Assembly (NCBI GenBank): GCA_902385625.1
Contig: CABMGE010000019.1
Coordinates: forward strand, 1,831-65,830
Direction: 5' to 3'
Length of the DNA: 64,000 nucleotides
Source of the DNA: an uncultured archaeon
Lineage (GTDB): Archaea > Nanobdellota > Nanobdellia > Pacearchaeales > GW2011-AR1
How positions within the stretch are numbered: position 1 is the stretch's first letter; every line of letters starts with the position of its first letter. Of this stretch, positions 39,419-47,486 are shown piece after piece. The notes beneath the pieces were generated by a model. The model had not been told where the DNA came from, ran no database searches, and worked only from the letters and a program-made list of their open reading frames with translations. A program made the translations under genes and the position numbers.

Positions 39419-39889
39419 TTAAACTAAATTTAACTCTTCATATGAAACAAGCTCTGCAAATATAGAGTTATCTACATAGTGAGTAGTCTTTTCATTAATC
39501 TTGCTCCTCCGATAGCAAATCCTAAGATCTCCCTCAGGGATCAAAAGTATTTCAGGATTAACAGAATGAAATTGATTTGCTGTAACATCAATAAATAACT
39601 TAGTCTTGGGATCATATACAAAATTATGGGAAATTGAAATACGAGTAGAAAAATTATTTTCAGAAATACTCTGAGTTTTATTTAAGTAATCCGAGCTTAT
39701 TGGTCCGCAATATTTCCCATAAACTAATCTAAATCCATCTTCTCCACAATATTTTTTGCATAATCTTCTTGAAGCAAGTGAACAAGAGTTAAATGGAAAA
39801 TCTTTTAGAGTTAGTTTAAACTCTTCAACATCTTTTCCAAGTATTTTTTCTATGTTCTCTCTTGTAATCTCCTGATAAAAATCTACCAT
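39419..39889 (-). CDS. Hypothetical protein
   Basis: 156 aa; C...H-N...D-x-T pattern loosely like a papain/transglutaminase triad. Confidence 0.55.
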   Translation of the reverse strand: MVDFYQEITRENIEKILGKDVEEFKLTLKDFPFNSCSLASRRLCKKYCGEDGFRLVYGKYCGPISSDYLNKTQSISENNFSTRISISHNFVYDPKTKLFIDVTANQFHSVNPEILLIPEGDLRICYRRSKINEKTTHYVDNSIFAELVSYEELNLV

Positions 39890-39920
39890 AATAGAAAAAT
39901 AGAATTAATTCTTATAAAGA

Positions 39921-40898
39921 TTATTGGTTTAAATCCCAATCATAATCCCTGACATTGCCATCCTTGCTTCTTCCAGCATAAAAAGTTCTATCATGGCCAT
40001 AGGCCTCGACTAATGCCCAAAGAGCAATCTCTTTTTCAGCTCGATTAAGTTTTCTCAATTTATCTCTAGACTCCAAAGACTCATCACGAGCAAGTACATT
40101 ATTTTCAAGCCTTAGATAATAATTGACAGTTTCCTGGCTAGGTATTGCAAATTGGCACATCTGAAGAGGTATAAGATTTTTATTTTCACTGATTTCATCC
40201 TGGATTAACTGCAAATATCCTGCAATTTCATGAGCGCAAATATTTACTACTCCTGAACTTTCCTTATCATCACTATATCGATATCTTATGTTAAATCTCT
40301 TAGAACCACAAGAATGATCACTTCCAATGTTTAAAGAAATTCCATATTTTTCAGGGCTATCAATAATTGGAACAGAAGTTAATTTAAATTGAATTCTTCT
40401 TTCTCCTTCAGTTCTGGAAGGAACTTCAATAACAACTTCAGCACCATCTATTCTTACTCGTTTTGCATCTGCATAAGGTTTTACCTTTATGAAAGTTCCA
40501 GGATTTTGATTAGCATATGCAAAAATTCTTGCTCCCTCCAAACATTCAATTAAAGAAACCTTTCTTTTTCTTTGATCCTTGCTTAAAGGTAAGAAACTAT
40601 AACCACAATAATTATGGCCCTTAAGAGAGTTAAAAGCCTCTTCCCTTAAAACAACAGGAACTCTCCCGTCATAAATAGCCTGTTTTTGACTGTAAAATCT
40701 TTTTGGCTTAACTTCAAAACCATGCTTCATAAATTTTCTTGCAGACTCAAATCCTCTTGGTAAAAATTCCGGAACTATCATATACTGGCCAGACTCTAGT
40801 TCTAGGGCATCAGTAATCTGACTTGTTTCTACAAGTGTCTTTTTCTTTATTTGAGCCGCAGTGCTTTCTTCAAAAAATACTTTTTTCATATTTGCCAT
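39921..40898 (-). CDS. Hypothetical protein with SWIM-like Zn motif
   Basis: SDHSC-x23-CAHEIA. Confidence 0.6.
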   Translation of the reverse strand: MANMKKVFFEESTAAQIKKKTLVETSQITDALELESGQYMIVPEFLPRGFESARKFMKHGFEVKPKRFYSQKQAIYDGRVPVVLREEAFNSLKGHNYCGYSFLPLSKDQRKRKVSLIECLEGARIFAYANQNPGTFIKVKPYADAKRVRIDGAEVVIEVPSRTEGERRIQFKLTSVPIIDSPEKYGISLNIGSDHSCGSKRFNIRYRYSDDKESSGVVNICAHEIAGYLQLIQDEISENKNLIPLQMCQFAIPSQETVNYYLRLENNVLARDESLESRDKLRKLNRAEKEIALWALVEAYGHDRTFYAGRSKDGNVRDYDWDLNQ

Positions 40899-40986
40899 TT
40901 TATTTAATATAATCCAAAGTTAAATAATCTATTTATAATTAAGAGGTGATAAATATAACCACAAAAAAAATAAAAAAACCTATACT

Positions 40987-41463
40987 TTAACCAATAAGTA
41001 TGCCGCGATCTTCATTTCTTGCACGAGATAACTTTCTTGATACATCCATTAGAACCGGATAAAGGCTCTGTGAAGTTGACTCTGAAAACTTAAGGTTTCT
41101 CATCACATTCATATAATCTTCCCTAGTTATTCTGCATTCAGGATTCATTCCAAAGTATAAATGTGTTTCAGATAAAGCTCTTTGTTCCTGAATCATTCCA
41201 TTAAGAATTTGACCATATGATGGAAACTCCTTGCAAAAAAGTTGAATTCCCTGCCTCATTCCACGAGCTTTCATTTTGTCTTCATATTCAACATTTGCAT
41301 AAACTCTGTCTCCAAGAAAAAAATTATCATATTCTGATAAGTCAAGTGACTTTGCAATCTTGGATCTTTGTCTGTCAATTTTTCCAGCCATGCTTTTGAT
41401 AGGAATAGATATTCTGTCTATTGCAACCAAATCAACTATTCTACTTTCAATATTATTTTCCAT
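40987..41463 (-). CDS. Hypothetical protein
   Basis: 158 aa with strong SD AAGGAGGT. Confidence 0.65.
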   Translation of the reverse strand: MENNIESRIVDLVAIDRISIPIKSMAGKIDRQRSKIAKSLDLSEYDNFFLGDRVYANVEYEDKMKARGMRQGIQLFCKEFPSYGQILNGMIQEQRALSETHLYFGMNPECRITREDYMNVMRNLKFSESTSQSLYPVLMDVSRKLSRARNEDRGILIG

Positions 41464-41499
41464 TTTTTGTTTACCTCCTTACAATCATTTATAAAAAGT

Positions 41500-42063
41500 C
41501 TATCCGACTTTACGCATCAATGATGCCTCCCGATCAACATTTTGAAAGAAAACTACCTCTGGAAAAGATTTTGAAACATCTTCTTGATAATCTTTCCAAG
41601 CAGGATCATCATTGCCCATATGCCATCTTATGATTAATGCTTCTTGAGGAGTTGGATGAATATACTGACTAAGAATAAAAACTGACTTTTCTCCATGTCC
41701 ATATGGAAAACTATCTTGAAATTTGTAAGGTTTTGATTCTGAACGATTCCCATCTTTCAATGAATTCTCAAAATAGACTCCAATTTTACAAAGATCATGG
41801 CAGATCCCAGTCAAAATTACACTTTCAAAAGGAACATTAAGATTATAATCACTAACTCGCTTTGAAAACTGTTTATAAACATCATAAGAATGTTCTGCAA
41901 GCCCGCCTGGATAATTAGAGTGAAACCTTGTGCTTGCAGGAGAGGTAAAAAAATTCCCATCACAGATAAAATCCACAAGATTACTAACTCCAAGACGATT
42001 TACATTAGAAAACAGATCTAAGATATTTCGTTTATTTTTTCCAATTTGTACTTTAGTTAACAT
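41500..42063 (-). CDS. HD-domain phosphohydrolase (YhaM-like/phage-type)
   Basis: FFTSPAS..FH...GGLAEHS, CHDLCK, GHGEKS, IRWHMG, D. Confidence 0.85.
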   Translation of the reverse strand: MLTKVQIGKNKRNILDLFSNVNRLGVSNLVDFICDGNFFTSPASTRFHSNYPGGLAEHSYDVYKQFSKRVSDYNLNVPFESVILTGICHDLCKIGVYFENSLKDGNRSESKPYKFQDSFPYGHGEKSVFILSQYIHPTPQEALIIRWHMGNDDPAWKDYQEDVSKSFPEVVFFQNVDREASLMRKVG

Positions 42064-43183
42064 GAATTTTACTCCTTTCTTGCCTGAAATATGCCTCTTT
42101 TACATGTTCAGTTGTAGAAATTTGTGATAAAGGTTTGTCATCCCTTATTCGCTTTAAAACTGCACTCCTAAGAGAATAGGATTTGCCATTTTCATATCCG
42201 CAAGAATGTTTATCACTTCCCTTTTGATAATTAATTGCAGAAACTTCAACAACAATGGAAGGATTTACAAAATAGTCGGGTTTTGAATATTTGACTCCAC
42301 GAATCATGTTAGGATTAAGAAAAACATCAGAAGGACATTCCAAAAGAAGATTATCTTTTACTATTGGATAAATAATCTTATTAAGCCCGCCAGTTTTTGC
42401 ATTCACCTTGCATAAGCTTTCGTATCTATTTTCTTTAGTCGAATAAGTACCTAGTAAAAGTTCATATAATCCTTTTTCATTTATGAATAATCCTAAAATA
42501 GTAAGATCCAAATTTTCTTTTCTCTTAACTTTTATCCAATCCCTTGGTTTTTTTCCAGAAATATATAATGAATCAGGATTTTTACATACCAACCCCTCAT
42601 AATTATCATTTACCAGCTCGTTAAACCAGTTACCTAGTTCTTCTTTACTGCAAATAAGACGTTGTGTACTTGGTGAAATTTTTTTCTCCAAAATGCCTTC
42701 AGTATATTTTCTCCTTTCACTCAGAGGTTCATGAATAAGCAGGCCATTATCCCAATACATAGTATCAAAAACTCTCAATGCAACAGGCATTTCAGAAACT
42801 ATTCCTGATGCGAGATACTCCTCTATTCCTTTTTTACTTATGTTAGACCTGAATCTTTTCTGAATAACATTAAAACCATCATGACCTATTTTTTTATCTC
42901 CAACAATTTCACAATCAATAATACAATCAGGCAATCTTTGAAGTGAAGAGTTTAATTCTGGAAAAAGGCATAGAATCACTTCATTCATACTTCTTGTATA
43001 GGCCTTTATTTTATTCCCTTTTTTATGAACTTGCATTCTATAACCATCTTCTTTTATCTCTCCAAAAGTAGTTCCATTATGTTCTTCGAATATTTGATTA
43101 TAAAGTTCATCTCCTGCGGCTCCAAGATCAATTGGATTCATAGGTTCTAGTGGTGTGAATATTTTTGTTTTCATAATTTTCAA
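42053..43183 (-). CDS. Minimal ATP-dependent DNA ligase (adenylation + OB domains, no N-terminal DNA-binding domain)
   Basis: Motif I EIKEDGYR, III DCEIV, IIIa VFD, IV EGLVCK, V WIKVK, VI RIRDDK; 376 aa. Confidence 0.88.
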   Translation of the reverse strand: MKIMKTKIFTPLEPMNPIDLGAAGDELYNQIFEEHNGTTFGEIKEDGYRMQVHKKGNKIKAYTRSMNEVILCLFPELNSSLQRLPDCIIDCEIVGDKKIGHDGFNVIQKRFRSNISKKGIEEYLASGIVSEMPVALRVFDTMYWDNGLLIHEPLSERRKYTEGILEKKISPSTQRLICSKEELGNWFNELVNDNYEGLVCKNPDSLYISGKKPRDWIKVKRKENLDLTILGLFINEKGLYELLLGTYSTKENRYESLCKVNAKTGGLNKIIYPIVKDNLLLECPSDVFLNPNMIRGVKYSKPDYFVNPSIVVEVSAINYQKGSDKHSCGYENGKSYSLRSAVLKRIRDDKPLSQISTTEHVKEAYFRQERSKIHVN

Positions 43184-43268
43184 AAATAAAAATAATACTT
43201 AATATTATGTGGGGATTATTATCACCACAAACACAAATATTTAAAAAGATTAAATTATTAATTATAAA

Positions 43269-43964
43269 ATGGAAGAATTAAAACAAGCTGGACTTACTGA
43301 AAATGAATCAAAGGTATATTTGGGACTCATAGAATTAGGCCCAAGTCTTGCAGGAGGGGTAGCTAGAAAAACAGGTCTCCATAGAAGAACTGTTTATGAC
43401 ACAACTGAAATGCTTATTCAAAAAGGACTTGTTGGATATATTCTAAAAAACAATAGGAGAATATTTCAGGCATCAAACCCAAACAGACTCATTGAAATTA
43501 TTCAGGAAAAACAAAACTTGCTTTTGCCATTTGTAGAATCAATTCAGCAAAAATATAATTCAACAAAAGAAAAAGAGGAAACAAATTTCTACAAGGGAAA
43601 AGAGGGACTCAAAACAGTTTTTGAAGAGCAGCTAGATTCAAAAGAAATTTTAATTCTTGGAGCTTCTCCAAAAGCATATGAAATACTTCAATTCTACTTC
43701 AAGTGGTATGATAAAACAAGAAAACAAAAAAAGATAAAATCAAGGATAATTGCATCAGATAAAAAAATATCAAATATCCCCTTAGCAGAAATAAAATATC
43801 TTCCAGAAAAATACACTAGCCCTGTTTCGGTAAATATTTATGAGAATAAAACTGCTATAATTGTATGGGCGAAAGATCCAATTGCAATTGTAATAAAAAA
43901 TAAAGAAATTGCAGATGCTTATAGGTCTTATTTTGAATTAATGTGGAAAATTGCAAGGAAATAA
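43269..43964 (+). CDS. TrmB-family transcriptional regulator
   Basis: GLTENESKVY, wHTH RRTVYD...LIQKGLV, C-terminal effector-binding domain ending FELMW. Confidence 0.88.
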   Translation: MEELKQAGLTENESKVYLGLIELGPSLAGGVARKTGLHRRTVYDTTEMLIQKGLVGYILKNNRRIFQASNPNRLIEIIQEKQNLLLPFVESIQQKYNSTKEKEETNFYKGKEGLKTVFEEQLDSKEILILGASPKAYEILQFYFKWYDKTRKQKKIKSRIIASDKKISNIPLAEIKYLPEKYTSPVSVNIYENKTAIIVWAKDPIAIVIKNKEIADAYRSYFELMWKIARK

Positions 43965-43995
43965 AATTTATAAGGCAAGATTTTAAGATTATTAG

Positions 43996-44781
43996 ATGGA
44001 TACTATAAAAAATAAGAATAATAGGCTTTATGGAATTCTAAAAGACTTACATCAACCAAAAAGGTATTTTATGGAATTAGGTGAAGACCCTATGGAGAAA
44101 GCAGGTGCATGTTTCCTAAGAAGTGAACACTACGAAAATAGAAACGTAACAAATGCAAATGAATCAAAAGAAACAAAAACTATGACGGATTTCATGGACG
44201 CTTTTGATAAAGATGCCAGGTTTTTCCTTCTAAAAGGAGGACATGATTTTCCAAAACCATATCTAATACTGCGAACTGTAAACAGGAATCAACTAGGAAT
44301 TCTTCCTTCAGAACTATCATTGCATAAACAAGATAAATTAATTGAAATCTGCAAAAGAAAAGGAATTTGCGAAAATAAAATATCAGATTCTACAATGAGT
44401 GAAAATTCAAAGGAAAAATTAACCAGTTTAATCGAAGAATTTGAGGGTTCAAAAACTTTCTATGAAATAGGAGGTTTATGTGGAAATGACAAATCCAGAC
44501 TAGGAATAATAGGTTTTATTTACTTAATTGCACGAACTGCTTATCTGGAAAAATGGGATGTATCATTGCAAACATGCCATCCAAGGCACGTTGGAATTTA
44601 TTTGTCTTCAGGACTACCCTACAGAACAATACATAGTTCCGATAAAGAAGATAGGCTAACTAATACAAAATTAAACCCGTATAAAGACTATCTTGGAAGA
44701 TCTGCAATAACATTATATTTAAGAGGAGAGGATATTCAAAAAAAATTCCCTGAATTAGAAAAAACACTCTTTGGAAAGTAA
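43996..44781 (+). CDS. FeeM/LuxI-fold N-acyltransferase (N-acyl amino acid synthase-like)
   Basis: A..LR..HY, D.FD..A.FF, ILR...LP.E, EIGGL, HPRH..IY...GL match the FeeM/AHL-synthase GNAT pattern. Confidence 0.6.
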   Translation: MDTIKNKNNRLYGILKDLHQPKRYFMELGEDPMEKAGACFLRSEHYENRNVTNANESKETKTMTDFMDAFDKDARFFLLKGGHDFPKPYLILRTVNRNQLGILPSELSLHKQDKLIEICKRKGICENKISDSTMSENSKEKLTSLIEEFEGSKTFYEIGGLCGNDKSRLGIIGFIYLIARTAYLEKWDVSLQTCHPRHVGIYLSSGLPYRTIHSSDKEDRLTNTKLNPYKDYLGRSAITLYLRGEDIQKKFPELEKTLFGK

Positions 44782-44854
44782 AACTTATTAGATCTCTATA
44801 GAGTTCATTTATTTTAGGTGGTAACCAATATTTATATAGATTAAACGAGAATAA

Positions 44855-45520
44855 ATGAAAAGTAAAATGATGGTAAAAAAACATATAATTATTGCATTTC
44901 TATTAATCTTCTTAATTGCAACATTAGTTATATCTGTTTCTGCAATTTCAGTTTCATCAGGAATAGGAGGAAGTATAAAACCTGGAACTAAAACTAATAC
45001 CACAAATTCAACAGTTCCTAAAACAAATACTACGACTCCTACAAATACAACTCTACCAAAGACAAATTCAACAGTTCCTAAAACAAATACTACAAATAAT
45101 AATTCTACTACACAAAATTCAACTACAAATACCAATACTAATACAACTACACAAACACAAAATCCAGTACAATCAAACCCATCGCCTGCCTCAGAAAGCA
45201 GTGGAGGTGGAGGTGGCGGAGGAGGAAGTTCAAGCACAACTACTTCGACTAAAACAACAAATCAGACTAAAACCAATCAAACAAAAACCAATACTACTAC
45301 CCAGAATATAACTAAGAAAATAAACGAAACAAATATGAGCTCTAAAACAAGTGGAATAACCGGAGCAGTAATTGGTTCTGAAAACAACAGCTCAAAAATG
45401 TGGTTAATAATCACCTCAATAATAACTACAATTGTTTTAGCAGCTCTTTTAATTGGCTTATTTAGATATATAAAAAATCAAAAGAATTCTAGTGGAATTA
45501 GCATAAGAAGTCTAAGTTAA
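44855..45520 (+). CDS. Thr/Asn-rich low-complexity surface (glyco)protein with signal peptide and C-terminal TM
   Basis: KTNT/TNST repeats, poly-Gly linker, two hydrophobic ends. Confidence 0.75.
   Translation: MKSKMMVKKHIIIAFLLIFLIATLVISVSAISVSSGIGGSIKPGTKTNTTNSTVPKTNTTTPTNTTLPKTNSTVPKTNTTNNNSTTQNSTTNTNTNTTTQTQNPVQSNPSPASESSGGGGGGGGSSSTTTSTKTTNQTKTNQTKTNTTTQNITKKINETNMSSKTSGITGAVIGSENNSSKMWLIITSIITTIVLAALLIGLFRYIKNQKNSSGISIRSLS
45002..45093 (+). repeat. Intragenic 32-bp exact direct repeat, 60-bp period
   Basis: ACAAATTCAACAGTTCCTAAAACAAATACTAC at 45002 and 45062. Confidence 0.9.
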
Positions 45521-45544
45521 CTTTTTAAACATTAAACTTCTTAT

Positions 45545-46159
45545 ATGAATATGGGAAAAGAGGAAGATAAATATCATATTAGAAGAATAAAGGAGCTTCA
45601 TGGATTTGGAAAGTTTCTTTTCAAAAATCCAATAATTAAATTCTTGATTTTTGTAGTCATCTACTTAATTCTAACAAATGTTGAAGGATATTTTAGTGAA
45701 GAATATTACATAAGAACAATAATTAATATAATAGGAATACTAATTTCAATATATTTTATAGCAGTGATTATATATCTAATAAGAAAATCCATAAAAAGGC
45801 TCATAAATCCGGAAAATATCTTTGTACTAATTTTAACCTATGCTCTGTTTATACTCGGAATAATCTTGTTATTCTCAACCCTGTTTAACATTGTAGAAAC
45901 TGCAAAATTAGGCTATATAAAATATGGAACCTGTTCTTCGAAATTTGATCCTTCAATGATTTCAGCTGATCCTCAAATATCAAGAGATTTCTTTTATTTC
46001 TCAACAATGACTTTTTTTACAGTAGGTTATGGAGATATTTGTCCAATGGGACTTGAAAGAATAGTTTCTATATTGACTACATTTGTAGGCCATCTTGTAT
46101 CAGTGTTAGTAGTTGCTCTAATAATTAACAACTATCTTCAAAAAAAGAAAGAAAAATAG
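45545..46159 (+). CDS. Potassium channel family protein (pore domain)
   Basis: FFYFSTMTFFTVGYGDI selectivity filter. Confidence 0.88.
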   Translation: MNMGKEEDKYHIRRIKELHGFGKFLFKNPIIKFLIFVVIYLILTNVEGYFSEEYYIRTIINIIGILISIYFIAVIIYLIRKSIKRLINPENIFVLILTYALFILGIILLFSTLFNIVETAKLGYIKYGTCSSKFDPSMISADPQISRDFFYFSTMTFFTVGYGDICPMGLERIVSILTTFVGHLVSVLVVALIINNYLQKKKEK

Positions 46160-46174
46160 AACCTTTAATGAAAG

Positions 46175-46747
46175 TTATCTAAACATCTCTTTTTCAACCA
46201 GCTCACAAATAATATGATATGCCAAAACATGACACTCCTGTATTCTCGGAGTCTCACCTGAATAAGAGTTAATATTAATATCTGAGAGCTCTCTAATCTT
46301 TCCGCCAGTATTTCCGGTTAATGAAATATTTAAGGTTCCAATATCCCTTCCGCACTTAAATGCGCGATAAACATTTTCAGAGTTTCCAGAGGTTGAAAGC
46401 CCCATTAAAACATCTCCTTTTTTTGCAAGTGCTTCAACCTGTCTTTCAAAAACTCCTGTAAAATTATAATCATTAGACCATGCAGTTAAAACTGAAGTAT
46501 CAGTAGTTAATGCAACAGCAGGTAAACCCTTTCTTTCAAGTTTATATCTTCCAACAAGTTCTCCTGCAATATGCTGACTGTCTGCAGCACTTCCACCATT
46601 GCCAAAAACTAAAAGTTTATTGCCGCATTTAAAGGAATTTGTAATTAAACAAGCAGCACGATAAATATTCTCTGCTTGATTTAAAAAATCTTTTTTTGCA
46701 GAAACGCTCTCTTCCATTATCTTCTTAACTAAATCTGTTTCATTCAT
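46175..46747 (-). CDS. gmhA: Phosphoheptose (sedoheptulose-7-phosphate) isomerase
   Basis: GNGGSAADSQH, ND, STSGNSEN, RIQECH. Confidence 0.92.
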   Translation of the reverse strand: MNETDLVKKIMEESVSAKKDFLNQAENIYRAACLITNSFKCGNKLLVFGNGGSAADSQHIAGELVGRYKLERKGLPAVALTTDTSVLTAWSNDYNFTGVFERQVEALAKKGDVLMGLSTSGNSENVYRAFKCGRDIGTLNISLTGNTGGKIRELSDININSYSGETPRIQECHVLAYHIICELVEKEMFR

Positions 46748-46902
46748 TAAAATCTAATTTTAACTTCTTTTATAAATATAATTATACCTGAAAAATTACA
46801 TAAAATGCTCTGTATGAAAGTTAAAAGTTAAATAAAACATTTATAATTCCTTGGCAAAAGAATAAAAGATAGATTTAAAAATGAAAAATTTCCCCAATTC
46901 TC

Positions 46903-47385
46903 ATGTTAACAAATAAAGATTATGAAAAAGCAATAAAAGAACCTGGATTTAGGCCTGAATTTATTGAACAAATTGAACTTGGAGATTTATCAAGATATGT
47001 ACTAAAACTAGAGTACAATCCATATCAAAAAGAAAGAACAGAAATGACAACAATTTACCCAATGTCTGCAAGTATAAAAGGCATAAAAAGAAAAAGATCC
47101 AGGATTTTAATATATCCTCTCGCATTTTCGCAATTATTATATCCCAATATTCATGACTTTTGTGCTTCAGTAATATATCATGAAGGACTTCATGCAAAGG
47201 AAAATTTTGAAGGAATAACTCTTGCAGCAAGACTCAACAATGCGAAAGACATAAAAATTGAAAATGCAAAAATTGAACTTAGAGCTTTGTCAAACCAGGC
47301 AAGACACTTTAATATGAGAAATTCTAAAACATATGTAAATCAAGTTAGAAGCAGAATAAAAGCTTATAAAAGACAGTTAGAATAA
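46903..47385 (+). CDS. Hypothetical protein with HExxH zincin motif
   Basis: YHEGLHA plus downstream ELRA. Confidence 0.55.
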   Translation: MLTNKDYEKAIKEPGFRPEFIEQIELGDLSRYVLKLEYNPYQKERTEMTTIYPMSASIKGIKRKRSRILIYPLAFSQLLYPNIHDFCASVIYHEGLHAKENFEGITLAARLNNAKDIKIENAKIELRALSNQARHFNMRNSKTYVNQVRSRIKAYKRQLE

Positions 47386-47486
47386 CAAGGTAATTTTTTA
47401 CTTTGTAAAAAATGACTTGATCCCTTGGATGATTTAGCAATTTAATCCTAAAGTAAATCGAGTATTAAATTGTTTTAAAGTTTAAT

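Noticed and set aside
37968-43183. Integrated provirus
   Set aside because: There is a run of orphans with a ligase and an HD protein, but no integrase, capsid, terminase, packaging ATPase or att repeats are visible, and the composition looks like the rest of the window.
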